Positions 40,149-47,611 of a stretch of DNA of 64,000 bases are shown here, piece by piece; position 1 is the first letter of the stretch, and every line of letters begins with the position of its first letter. The translations under genes were made by a program, and so were the position numbers. This DNA is from Candidatus Thermofontivivens primus (lineage in GTDB: Bacteria > Sysuimicrobiota > Sysuimicrobiia > Sysuimicrobiales > Thermofontiviventaceae), in contig JAVKJW010000001.1 in NCBI GenBank assembly GCA_031458695.1, positions 128,001 through 192,000 of the forward strand, given 5' to 3'. The notes under the pieces were generated by a model. The model made no database searches. It was not told where the DNA came from and was given only the letters and a program-made list of their open reading frames with translations.

Positions 40149-40387
40149 GGTGCTCCCTCCAATCATCCACAATATAGCACCTCTGGGATGCTGCAAACAA
40201 CCGACCTTCAAGACGCAAGGACGGAAGGTCTTCATGGGTAAGGTAGAGAGAATTTCTATTGAGCTTCCCAGCTAGACTAGGAGAGTCTTTCTCGAAGTCC
40301 GTTCGGAAGAACTCTCTTCTCGGCAAGGTTCTAGAACTCACGATCCCGGAAAAACCCACCACCGCGAAAAATTTTCCTCAAGGTAAG

Positions 40388-40414
40388 AGGAATTCAACCG
40401 ATGTTGTCGAATAG
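40388..40414 (+). promoter_or_regulatory. sigmaH-like promoter upstream of the riboswitch
   Basis: AGGA-N17-GAATAG. Confidence 0.65.
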
Positions 40415-40436
40415 AAACAGCAGAAAAAGTGCATAT

Positions 40437-40542
40437 CCTGCCGATAAGGGCAAACCTACCGTGAGGTAGGGGCGCAAAGCCACGGGACCCTGGGTTAGGA
40501 AAACGAAGAGCACCCCAAGGTCAGCCGGGCTGCCGAAGTAGG
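40437..40542 (+). ncRNA. Cyclic di-GMP-I (GEMM) riboswitch aptamer
   Basis: AAGGGCAAACCTACC-GTGA-GGTAGGGGCGCAAAGC...GGTCAGCCGGGCTGCCG: GGCAAA, GNRA-capped P2, CGCAAAG and GCUGCCG; G at the G20-equivalent position. Confidence 0.9.
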
Positions 40543-40558
40543 GGGAATTTCTTCGATG

Positions 40559-40593
40559 TGCCTGCTTCCTCACGGAGCAGGCATTGTTATTTT
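40559..40593 (+). terminator. Riboswitch expression-platform terminator
   Basis: TGCCTGCTTC-ctcac-GGAGCAGGCA followed by TTGTTATTTT. Confidence 0.75.
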
Positions 40594-40712
40594 GTCACAT
40601 GTGTGAAAGCTCCCCGGGGGAGGAGGTGGATGGCGCCAGTACCAACGCTCGATGGATCCTCAGAGACCTACCCCGGAAGGCCTCAATCATTACGTTCAAG
40701 GAGGGAGAGTCC

Positions 40713-41009
40713 ATGCAGTTCAAGAGAATCTTAGCCAAGACGGTGCTATTCCTGCTACTATCCAGCCTGGTGATGGCAGTGGTCCCGGGTCTCAAGATCG
40801 AGCCTCTGGGCTTCGAGTTGGAGGGCCAGTCCATTGCCTATGCTGGGTTTGAACTCGGCGATAGCCCTGCTTGGTCGGGAACGGGTGCGGCGAATGCCTC
40901 CGATACGGCCAAAGCTGTCACGGCAGGGCTTGACCCCGGCAGCAACGCATCCGATACGGCTGTGAATGCCGCTGGAGTGAAACCCAATAGCAACCGCCAG
41001 TCGCCATGA
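40713..41009 (+). CDS. Small secreted protein / peptide precursor with internal repeats (98 aa)
   Basis: AAGGAGG RBS; basic N-terminus + hydrophobic helix + AYA site; repeats GFEL x2 and NASDTA x2; ATGA overlap with the HD-GYP gene. Confidence 0.7.
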   Translation: MQFKRILAKTVLFLLLSSLVMAVVPGLKIEPLGFELEGQSIAYAGFELGDSPAWSGTGAANASDTAKAVTAGLDPGSNASDTAVNAAGVKPNSNRQSP

Positions 41010-42376
41010 AAACACATGTCATCCCCCGGGCCCGTTACAGCCCGGAGACAATCTGGAGCCGGGTTTTCCGCGCAGGGGTCATTGTAGCGGGAATCGCCGC
41101 GTTCACCCGGCTTCTCACAGCCCCACCCCCTGCGCCTGCGTCTCCCTACCACGGCTATGCCTCAGTACTTGCTTGGGCAGTAGCCATCCTTTTGACCGTC
41201 CTCGGCGGCCTTTACCCCTTGCGGTTGGGGCAAAAGGTCTTGCTGAACCTGAGCAGTGCGGTACTCTTTGGGATCCTGCTCACCTTTCCCCCGGTGGAGG
41301 CTGTTCTCGTCGCCTTCGCGGGGACGTTCATCTACCTGGTCATCCGCCACCTGCGCCGTGACCGGTTGACCGTTCAGACCATCGCCTTCAACCTGGGCCA
41401 ATACCTCGTCACCTGGAGCGTGACGGTGGACGTCCTGCACCGCATACGTCCTCCCCAGCATGCCAGCGACCTGCTGCTCAACATCGTGGGGATCGGGGCG
41501 GCTGCGCTCGTCTACTTCTTCATCAATACATGGCTTGTCACGACCGCCTCAGCGTTCCGGCGCATGGAGCTCACCTGGGACACCTGGTACCGGGCGGTCC
41601 GCGAGACCTGGTATGGCTATATCGCCACGCTCCTCCTGGGCGCGGTCATCGCCCAGCTTGCCCACTCCGCTCCGGTGTTCGTCTTCTACCTGATCCCGGC
41701 CATCGTCTTGATCCGGCAGGCCTTCTCCAGGATGGCGACAGTCATGAAGACGCAGACGCTCTCCGTCCTGGAGGCCCTGGCCGCCTCACTCGAGCACAGG
41801 TCTAGCTATACCTCCGACCATGCGGAGCGCGTGGCGCACCTGGCGAGGATAACCGCCCACCGGCTGGGGATGTCGAGCGAAGAGGCTGAAGCAGTTGAGA
41901 TCGCCGCACGCCTCCATGACTTGGGGAAGGTAGCCATCCCGCTCCACGTCCTCAATAAGCCGGGGCCTCTTACCGATGAGGAGAGAGCCCAGATCCGGAA
42001 CCACCCCAAGATCGGGGCGGAGATCCTCCGCCGGATCGAAGGCTACGACAGGGTCGCCACCTTCGTGGAGTATCACCACGAGCGGTGGGACGGAAACGGG
42101 TACTATGGGCTCCTTCGTGAGGAGATCCCTCTCGGGGCCCGAATCATTGCCGTCGTGGACGCTTTCGACGCCATGGTCTCTCACCGTCCTTACCGGAAGG
42201 CGTTGGCGGTCGAGGAAGCCCTCGCCCAGCTATGGGCCAACCGGGGGACGCAATTTGATCCCCGTGTCGTCGACGCGTTCATCCAGGTCGTCGAGGAAGA
42301 GGGTCGCAGCCTCATCCCTGGGGTCGTGCCTCTTCCCGAGCCAGTTCCAGTTCAAGTAACCAGCAAAATCTCATAA
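41006..42376 (+). CDS. Membrane-anchored HD-GYP domain cyclic dinucleotide phosphodiesterase
   Basis: About 240-aa multi-TM N-terminus, then YTSDHAERV, LHDLGK, NKPGPLT, HHERWDGNGYY, EIPLGARI, DAFDAM, RPYR. Confidence 0.9.
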   Translation: MKTHVIPRARYSPETIWSRVFRAGVIVAGIAAFTRLLTAPPPAPASPYHGYASVLAWAVAILLTVLGGLYPLRLGQKVLLNLSSAVLFGILLTFPPVEAVLVAFAGTFIYLVIRHLRRDRLTVQTIAFNLGQYLVTWSVTVDVLHRIRPPQHASDLLLNIVGIGAAALVYFFINTWLVTTASAFRRMELTWDTWYRAVRETWYGYIATLLLGAVIAQLAHSAPVFVFYLIPAIVLIRQAFSRMATVMKTQTLSVLEALAASLEHRSSYTSDHAERVAHLARITAHRLGMSSEEAEAVEIAARLHDLGKVAIPLHVLNKPGPLTDEERAQIRNHPKIGAEILRRIEGYDRVATFVEYHHERWDGNGYYGLLREEIPLGARIIAVVDAFDAMVSHRPYRKALAVEEALAQLWANRGTQFDPRVVDAFIQVVEEEGRSLIPGVVPLPEPVPVQVTSKIS

Positions 42377-42384
42377 TGCTGGTT
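42358..42384. repeat. Shortened hairpin-A copy overlapping the HD-GYP stop
   Basis: AACCAGCAAAATCTCATAATGCTGGTT shares CCAGCAAAATCTC with the other copies. Confidence 0.5.
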
Positions 42385-42390
42385 TGCGAG

Positions 42391-42428
42391 AGGAGGGGCA
42401 CGGCGCTGCCGTGCCCCTCCTTGCTTTT
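42391..42428. terminator. Hairpin terminator between the convergent HD-GYP and VKOR genes
   Basis: AGGAGGGGCACGGC-gct-GCCGTGCCCCTCCT, a 14-bp perfect stem, then TGCTTTT. Confidence 0.75.
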
Positions 42429-42861
42429 ATACGCTCGCCAGCAGGAACCCAAAAAGCAGAAGGGTATCCAGGGCAGAAGCAAGGCACCAGCTACATACAG
42501 AGTGCAAGACGCAAAACTGCAGGTAGGCCAAGTAAAGGTAGAACACAAGGGCAACCGCCGTTGCGGCAACCATGGGCCAGAGAGCCCACCCCACACCTAC
42601 CCTGAGCAGGGCCAGGCCTGCGAGCATTCCTCCAAAAAAGAGTACCCCCAGCGCCCCATTAGGGATCCCCAAAAGACGCCCATAAGGACTGCGGATGACC
42701 CTGGCACAACCACTCCCAATGCACAACACCGGTCCAGGGGTCACCTGCTTGTACCAGATGTAGGCGCTGAGGAGGAGCCCTATCGCGCTCAGAATTGCTA
42801 AAAGAGTCGTTATCACTGCATTTTGCATACTTGCATCGAGAATCGTGCAGTCTGAGAGCAT
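42427..42861 (-). CDS. Vitamin K epoxide reductase (VKOR) family disulfide-bond formation protein
   Basis: Four TM helices, loop CxxxxC (CIGSGC..VIRSPYG) and active-site CSWC. Confidence 0.85.
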   Translation of the reverse strand: MLSDCTILDASMQNAVITTLLAILSAIGLLLSAYIWYKQVTPGPVLCIGSGCARVIRSPYGRLLGIPNGALGVLFFGGMLAGLALLRVGVGWALWPMVAATAVALVFYLYLAYLQFCVLHSVCSWCLASALDTLLLFGFLLASV

Positions 42862-42887
42862 CTATCCGTCCATGCGCGATCAGATCT

Positions 42888-42953
42888 GTTGCCAAGTTTG
42901 CGTGCTGGAACCTTCCAACCTAGAAACCTCTAGAAACCTTTCAACGTTTAACC
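42888..42953. repeat. Periodic inverted micro-array (GTT units then AACC units, about 8 bp period)
   Basis: GTT/GCT at 42888, 42896, 42904; AACC/AACG at 42909, 42917, 42925, 42935, 42943, 42950. Confidence 0.55.
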
Positions 42954-43559
42954 CTTGAGGGGTTCGATGCGCAAAAGGACAATCTGGATCGTCTTTCGAT
43001 CGTGGGTATGGAACGGAAATAGGCGCGGGAGGACAAAGGGCAAGGTCCGCCGCAAGGTGATCCTGCCCTTCCCCTCAAGGGACCGCTCCAAGAAGGAAAG
43101 AGCCTTGGCATCGTGAAAGGTGTAGACGACTCCCGCCACCTGGAGAGCCTTGTCCAGGAACGGCAGATCCCCATGCCCTGGACGGTCACCAAATGGCGGG
43201 TTCTGGACCACGGTATCGACCTGAATCCCGAATTCTTGCACATCGCCGGCGATGAACTCCACAGAGACTCCAAGCCTCTCTGCCCATCCTTTTGCCACCT
43301 CTAGCGCCTCTTCGTCCACGTCCACGCCGTAGACGCGGGATGCCCCAAGGAGCGCTGCACCAATGGCCAGGATCCCTGTCCCGCAACCCAGGTCGGCCAC
43401 AACCTTCCCCTCGATATCCCCGTACAAGAAAGCGGTGTGGAGCATCTCTGCAGCGAGGGGAGCGGGTGTGGCGTATTGCTCAAGCCATCGCTTCGGGTGC
43501 GGATGGGGAGGGATCTGCTGGAGGGTCATCTCCAGGTGCTTCTTCGACCAGGTGACCAT
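42948..43559 (-). CDS. METTL5-like N6-adenine RNA methyltransferase (archaeal/eukaryotic type)
   Basis: [45 protein letters not shown]-terminal FPFH; ATG 43559 after AAGGA. Confidence 0.85.
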   Translation of the reverse strand: MVTWSKKHLEMTLQQIPPHPHPKRWLEQYATPAPLAAEMLHTAFLYGDIEGKVVADLGCGTGILAIGAALLGASRVYGVDVDEEALEVAKGWAERLGVSVEFIAGDVQEFGIQVDTVVQNPPFGDRPGHGDLPFLDKALQVAGVVYTFHDAKALSFLERSLEGKGRITLRRTLPFVLPRLFPFHTHDRKTIQIVLLRIEPLKG

Positions 43560-43609
43560 TGTGGCTTCCTTTCCAGCAAGCTCCTGTAGACCTATTGCGG
43601 GTTCTCGGG

Positions 43610-43650
43610 CTTCCAGCAAAATCTCGACGAGAGATTTTTCTGGAAGTTCC
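43610..43650. repeat. Hairpin-A copy of the REP-like element abutting the DRG stop codon
   Basis: CTTCCAGCAAAATCTCGACGAGAGATTTTTCTGGAAG. Confidence 0.75.
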
Positions 43651-44646
43651 TTAGATGTGGAACTCCACGATGTCTCCATCCTCCAGGAGGTACCCACGCT
43701 CCACCATCATGCCGTTGATCCCCTTCCCCCGCCACAACCGGGCGAACCGGAGGTTGCGTGCAAAGTCCTTATGGATCTCCTCTGCAGCGTCCAACACCGT
43801 GCTCCCGCGTTTGAGGATGAGTGGTTCATCGAGCTTTGGTTTCTGCCCTGGTGCCTTGGTGTATACCCGGATAATCTGGAGCAACTGGAACATCCTGTGT
43901 TTGAGATCCTCAAGCCCTGTGCCCATGACAGCAGAGACTGGAAGGATGGAGAATCGCTCCCGGAAGAACTCTTCCAGGACCTCCAGGTTCGCGCTTGCCC
44001 TGGGGGCGTCCAGTTTGTTGGCTACGAGGACCGCTGGTTTCTCTGTTCTCCCGTATGGCTGAGACCCTGGTGTTTGGGAATCCCTGGAGCCCAGGAGGAT
44101 ACGGTTTTGCTGGAGGAGGTCAAGGGTTTCCTCCAGGCGGACGAGGAGATCGTCGTCACTGAGGTCGAGCACAAGGAGGGCGGCATCGGCGGCACGGATG
44201 ATGGCGAAGAGCCAGGGCTCGGAAAAACCAGGGGCGACGGGAGGAAGGTCCACGAGCTGCATCTGAATATCCTCATACTCCACCATCCCGGGGAGGGGAA
44301 CCCTGGTGGTGAAGGGGTAGTCATGTACTTCAGGGGTCGCGTTGGTCAACGCCTTGAGCAAGGATGATTTCCCCACATTGGGCGGGCCGACGAGCACGAG
44401 CTGCCCTGCTCCTTCCCTCTCTACGTGGAAGAAAGGCTTCTGTCGTGGCGCGCCACGACGGCGCGCCAGCTCTCCGCGAAGCTTGGCAATGCGGCGTTTG
44501 ATGTCCGCCTGCATCTTCTCTGTCCCTTTATGCTTCGGGATCGTAGCAAGCATCTCTTCCAAAGCCGCCAGCTTCTCCTGAAGGGTTTGCGCCTCCCGAA
44601 ACCTTCGCTCCGCTTCGAGGTACTCAGGGGTAAGGTTTGCTGGCAT
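43651..44646 (-). CDS. DRG-family (Obg superfamily) GTPase with TGS domain
   Basis: MPANLTPEY...PKHKGTE N-terminus, [27 protein letters not shown]-terminal [10 protein letters not shown]. Confidence 0.9.
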   Translation of the reverse strand: MPANLTPEYLEAERRFREAQTLQEKLAALEEMLATIPKHKGTEKMQADIKRRIAKLRGELARRRGAPRQKPFFHVEREGAGQLVLVGPPNVGKSSLLKALTNATPEVHDYPFTTRVPLPGMVEYEDIQMQLVDLPPVAPGFSEPWLFAIIRAADAALLVLDLSDDDLLVRLEETLDLLQQNRILLGSRDSQTPGSQPYGRTEKPAVLVANKLDAPRASANLEVLEEFFRERFSILPVSAVMGTGLEDLKHRMFQLLQIIRVYTKAPGQKPKLDEPLILKRGSTVLDAAEEIHKDFARNLRFARLWRGKGINGMMVERGYLLEDGDIVEFHI

Positions 44647-44871
44647 CTTGACTCACCTTCCCTAATTGTACAAGAACTCCCCAGGCAAAAGAAATGCCTC
44701 ATCGAACTCTGAGACCCCCGAGGTAAAACACGGGAGGGGCGACTCCCTGTGGTTCTCCTATTGCTGGGCAAGCATGGGGCCTACCCTACAAGAGATCAGA
44801 AGAGGTAACCCAAGAGATAGGTTGTCCCGAGGGATACCCTCCTATACGTCGTTGTTTTTGGGTAAACAAAC

Positions 44872-44898
44872 AGGAGTTTGCATGAGGATGTCGAATAG
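44872..44898 (+). promoter_or_regulatory. sigmaH-like promoter of the microprotein gene
   Basis: AGGA-N17-GAATAG, followed by the palindrome GACCAT-g-ATGGTC at 44905-44917. Confidence 0.65.
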
Positions 44899-44955
44899 AA
44901 AATCGACCATGATGGTCAATCTCCGCCTGCGAGAGCGAAGCGAAAGGAGGGGACC

Positions 44956-45000
44956 ATGGCCACGAAGAAGAAGGGTGGCAAAAAGGGCGGGAAGAAATAG
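44956..45000 (+). CDS. 14-aa Lys/Gly-rich microprotein MATKKKGGKKGGKK
   Basis: AAAGGAGG RBS 5 nt before ATG, a promoter upstream and a plus-oriented terminator downstream. Confidence 0.7.
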   Translation: MATKKKGGKKGGKK

Positions 45001-45018
45001 CAACCCTTCTCGTCTCTT

Positions 45019-45050
45019 GGGCCGGGGTGGAGATCCACCCCGGCCTTTTC
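45019..45050 (+). terminator. Intrinsic terminator after the microprotein
   Basis: GGCCGGGGTGG-agat-CCACCCCGGCC followed by TTTT; no T tract on the minus strand. Confidence 0.75.
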
Positions 45051-45082
45051 CCTTCCTCCAGGAATTTTCCCGTCCGCACTCT

Positions 45083-45949
45083 TCAATTCTTAGGTAGAGA
45101 GGCAATCGGAGGGCGCAGGATAACAAGTCTGCGCAGTTCGTAGGTGAGAGCTGTTGCGACCTCCTTAAAGCGCCATCCGAGTGCCCATCCCCCGATGGGC
45201 GGAAGGGTCTCGTACCAGCGGGGGATCTCGCTCACCCGCAGCACTGGCACAAGGGTAGGGCCCTGCACAGTGGAGTCATCCGGAACAACGACTGCGGCAT
45301 GCACGAGGAGATCTGCAAGTTCGGGCCGAGCGAGATAAACTCTCTCCCCCCAGCCCTTCATCAGGATCCCCAAGGTCTTCCGCATTTCAAAGGCCACGCG
45401 GTCATAGGGAGGAGAAATCCGAGTCATTCCTTGCCAGTGCATCTTCCGAAGGGTGCATTGCCCGCGGGCCGGGAAAGCAAGCAACAGCACGATCCCTGCG
45501 GATCCCACGAGGAGATGGCTGCACCTCTGGATGGATCCAGGGATGGGAATCGGTACTTCGTTGAGGACCACCAACCCTTCCTCAATCCTGGAGGAAATGA
45601 AAGCACAAACTTCCTCCTCTAAGGCGATCTCCTCCTCAAGAAGGGGAGATCGTGGAGAGGGAAATGCGAGCAACTCGTTGAACCCGCGAGAAAGGGCGAG
45701 CGCCGTTAGGCACAGACTAAGAAGGCTCAAAGGGGCGGCCCAGAGGGATCCCATGATGCTGGCCACGGCCAGCCCGGAGGCAGCGCCGAAGCTTACGGTC
45801 GCAAGGGCCACCAGGATCTTGCCTCGCCTGGAGAAACCCTGCATGGGAGCAGCAATCGCCTTCCCGCTCTGCGCCAGGAGCGCAAGATCCCGCAGAGTGG
45901 AAGCCGGTCGCCCCACCACAATGGGGCGCAAGACACCGCTCTGTTTCAT
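45083..45949 (-). CDS. Membrane-anchored protein with a degenerate NERD (nuclease-related) domain
   Basis: Two TM helices, then EEEV...VVLNEVPIP...CSHLLVGSAGIVLL resembling the NERD IDHVVVGPxGVFVIETK motif without its acidic and Lys residues. Confidence 0.55.
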   Translation of the reverse strand: MKQSGVLRPIVVGRPASTLRDLALLAQSGKAIAAPMQGFSRRGKILVALATVSFGAASGLAVASIMGSLWAAPLSLLSLCLTALALSRGFNELLAFPSPRSPLLEEEIALEEEVCAFISSRIEEGLVVLNEVPIPIPGSIQRCSHLLVGSAGIVLLLAFPARGQCTLRKMHWQGMTRISPPYDRVAFEMRKTLGILMKGWGERVYLARPELADLLVHAAVVVPDDSTVQGPTLVPVLRVSEIPRWYETLPPIGGWALGWRFKEVATALTYELRRLVILRPPIASLPKN

Positions 45950-45992
45950 GAAAAGTCCGTCTCGAAAGGGATTTCCGGGGTTCTAAGCATTC

Positions 45993-46019
45993 GTATTCGC
46001 CCCTTTTGCCCATCTTCCT
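45993..46019 (-). promoter_or_regulatory. sigmaH-like promoter of the NERD-like gene
   Basis: AGGA-N17-GAATAC on the minus strand. Confidence 0.55.
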
Positions 46020-46042
46020 CCTCGCGGGAGCCGAGGAGATAG

Positions 46043-46107
46043 GTATCCCGGCAAAAGACTTGTCGGGCCCCCAGCAATATCTCGACAAGAGACGTTGCTG
46101 GGGTTCC
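46043..46107. repeat. Internally deleted copy of the REP-like double-hairpin element
   Basis: GTATCCCGGCAAAAGACTTGTCGGG (short hairpin B) joined directly to CCCCAGCAATATCTCGACAAGAGACGTTGCTGGGGTTCC (hairpin A). Confidence 0.75.
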
Positions 46108-46141
46108 ATACCCTCTTTTTGAGGAGAGGCTGAGGCGGAAG

Positions 46142-46969
46142 TTATGCAGGAGCCTGGGCGATTACCTGGAGCCAGTTCCGCGGGAGGGAGGAGATCCCCC
46201 GCTCCTGGGCAGCAGCCCTCACACCTTCTTTGAGGGCCTGCGAGGCGATGGGGAGGGGAACGCCGGGCAAAGCACCCTCGATGAACATGGAGAACTCGCT
46301 GATGTCTTCCAGGCTCTCGATAGGGAGATCCACGGTCATCGTGAAATACTGGATGTTCCGGAAGCCGACCGTCTCCAGGAGGGAGGAGAACTCCTGGGGA
46401 GAGAGCCACTGCATTGCTGTCGTTTTTGCCTGCCGGATCACTGTGATCCCCTGGGACCGCAGGCGTTGGATCGCGCGGAGCACCCACAGCTTATAGAACG
46501 AGGCCGTCCCCTCAGGGTATGCCCCATGGAAGAACGTGGTGTTGAAACCCAGGACGCCTCCTGGCCGGAGAACCTTGAAGATCTCCTCAAGGACCGCTCG
46601 CTTGTCCTCAATCAAGTGGATAGCGTTGCAAAAAACCACTGCGTCAACCTTAGGAACTAGCCTGGAGAGCTGCTCGGCACTGCCGCAGACGAACTGCACG
46701 ATCTTTGAAGTAATGCGCTGGCGCGCTTTGTTCAACTCGGTAAGGGATTGGTCAACAGCATAGATAAGACCTTGCCCGCTCTTCTTGAGCTGGAGGATGA
46801 GCTCTGTGACCGCGCCTGGGCCGCAGGCAAGGTCCACTACGGACCACCCCTCCTCAATACCGAGATGCTCCACAAGCCACTGGTTCACCTGGGTAAAGAA
46901 CGCGTGGCGGGCGAACTTGGCAAAGGAAAAGACTTGAGCTTCTGACGGATCGGAGATAACCTGACCCAT
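46142..46969 (-). CDS. Class I SAM-dependent methyltransferase
   Basis: VVDLACGPG, YAVD, GSAE, VLRPGG; ATG 46969 after AGGAGG. Confidence 0.85.
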   Translation of the reverse strand: MGQVISDPSEAQVFSFAKFARHAFFTQVNQWLVEHLGIEEGWSVVDLACGPGAVTELILQLKKSGQGLIYAVDQSLTELNKARQRITSKIVQFVCGSAEQLSRLVPKVDAVVFCNAIHLIEDKRAVLEEIFKVLRPGGVLGFNTTFFHGAYPEGTASFYKLWVLRAIQRLRSQGITVIRQAKTTAMQWLSPQEFSSLLETVGFRNIQYFTMTVDLPIESLEDISEFSMFIEGALPGVPLPIASQALKEGVRAAAQERGISSLPRNWLQVIAQAPA

Positions 46970-47001
46970 AGACCTCCTCCCTTCAAAGGCAGCATAGCAC
47001 A

Positions 47002-47265
47002 TCAAGGGAGGTGTTGGCTACTAGGTATCTTGATGCGGCGTGACGTCGCTGTGGAACCAACATCCATCTCTGCCATGGATCGCTCAAGCTCCTCCAAGAG
47101 GAAGATCAAGGCTTTCTCCTTCGGCGTGACCATCCCATTCCCTGATTGGAGACGAAGAGCTTCCAGCCGGCGGACGAGACTCAACCACCTGCGCCTGAGA
47201 TACCTTCTCCCTTCCTCCGCATGAACCGCAAAAGGAAGCTGCCTCCTCTGCCGTCCCGGGGTCAT
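47002..47265 (-). CDS. Hypothetical basic 87-aa protein
   Basis: GGAGG RBS before ATG 47265 (MTPGRQRRQ...), helical composition, lies between a sigma54 promoter and the methyltransferase. Confidence 0.55.
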   Translation of the reverse strand: MTPGRQRRQLPFAVHAEEGRRYLRRRWLSLVRRLEALRLQSGNGMVTPKEKALIFLLEELERSMAEMDVGSTATSRRIKIPSSQHLP

Positions 47266-47290
47266 GGCACACCTCCATGGCAGGCATCGA

Positions 47291-47377
47291 AGTACCCAGG
47301 CAAAAGTCTTTGCCATTTGCCGGGCCCCTCTTGAAATAACGGAATCCCCAGAAAAATCTCGAGATTTTGCTGGGTTT
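47291..47377. repeat. Full copy of the REP-like double-hairpin element
   Basis: AGTACCCAGGCAAAAGTCTTT...CCCCTCTTGAAATAA...CCCCAGAAAAATCTCGAGATTTTGCTGGGTT; reverse complement of 4124-4216. Confidence 0.85.
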
Positions 47378-47394
47378 ACTGAATAGGGGGTAGG

Positions 47395-47410
47395 AGCAAG
47401 AACCATGCCA
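47395..47410 (-). promoter_or_regulatory. sigma54 (-24/-12) promoter
   Basis: TGGCATGGTTCTTGCT: GG-N10-GC. Confidence 0.65.
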
Positions 47411-47551
47411 TCGTGCATCCTTTCGGATACATGGTGGGGAACCTCGCCCTCCGCAAAAACGCTGCACCAACATACATCTGGGTGGAGAGTCCAATCATCC
47501 ACGGCCTCAGCATTGGAGCGAAAGCGCATTTCAATCTGGAGCACGCCGATT

Positions 47552-47580
47552 TTGACAGGTGGCCGGGGGGTCTGTATACT
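47552..47580 (+). promoter_or_regulatory. sigma70 promoter of tRNA-Asp
   Basis: TTGACA-17-TATACT. Confidence 0.8.
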
Positions 47581-47611
47581 AATGATTCGGCGGGAGCGTT
47601 CCCGGTTTCGC

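Noticed and set aside
40421..40447. GCCGATAA as a sigma28 -10 element
   Set aside because: No TAAA at the right spacing, and it lies inside the riboswitch aptamer; the AGGA-N17-GAAT promoter upstream fits better.
40630..40734. 34-aa upstream ORF (MAPVPTLDGSS...) after GGAGGAGG
   Set aside because: No coding features and it overlaps the peptide gene out of frame; the RBS-like run could instead serve the in-frame GTG 40626. Unresolved but unsupported.
1820..42953. CRISPR array interpretation of the periodic or dispersed repeats
   Set aside because: Units are 7-9 bp or scattered hairpins, with no constant repeat-spacer pattern and no cas genes.
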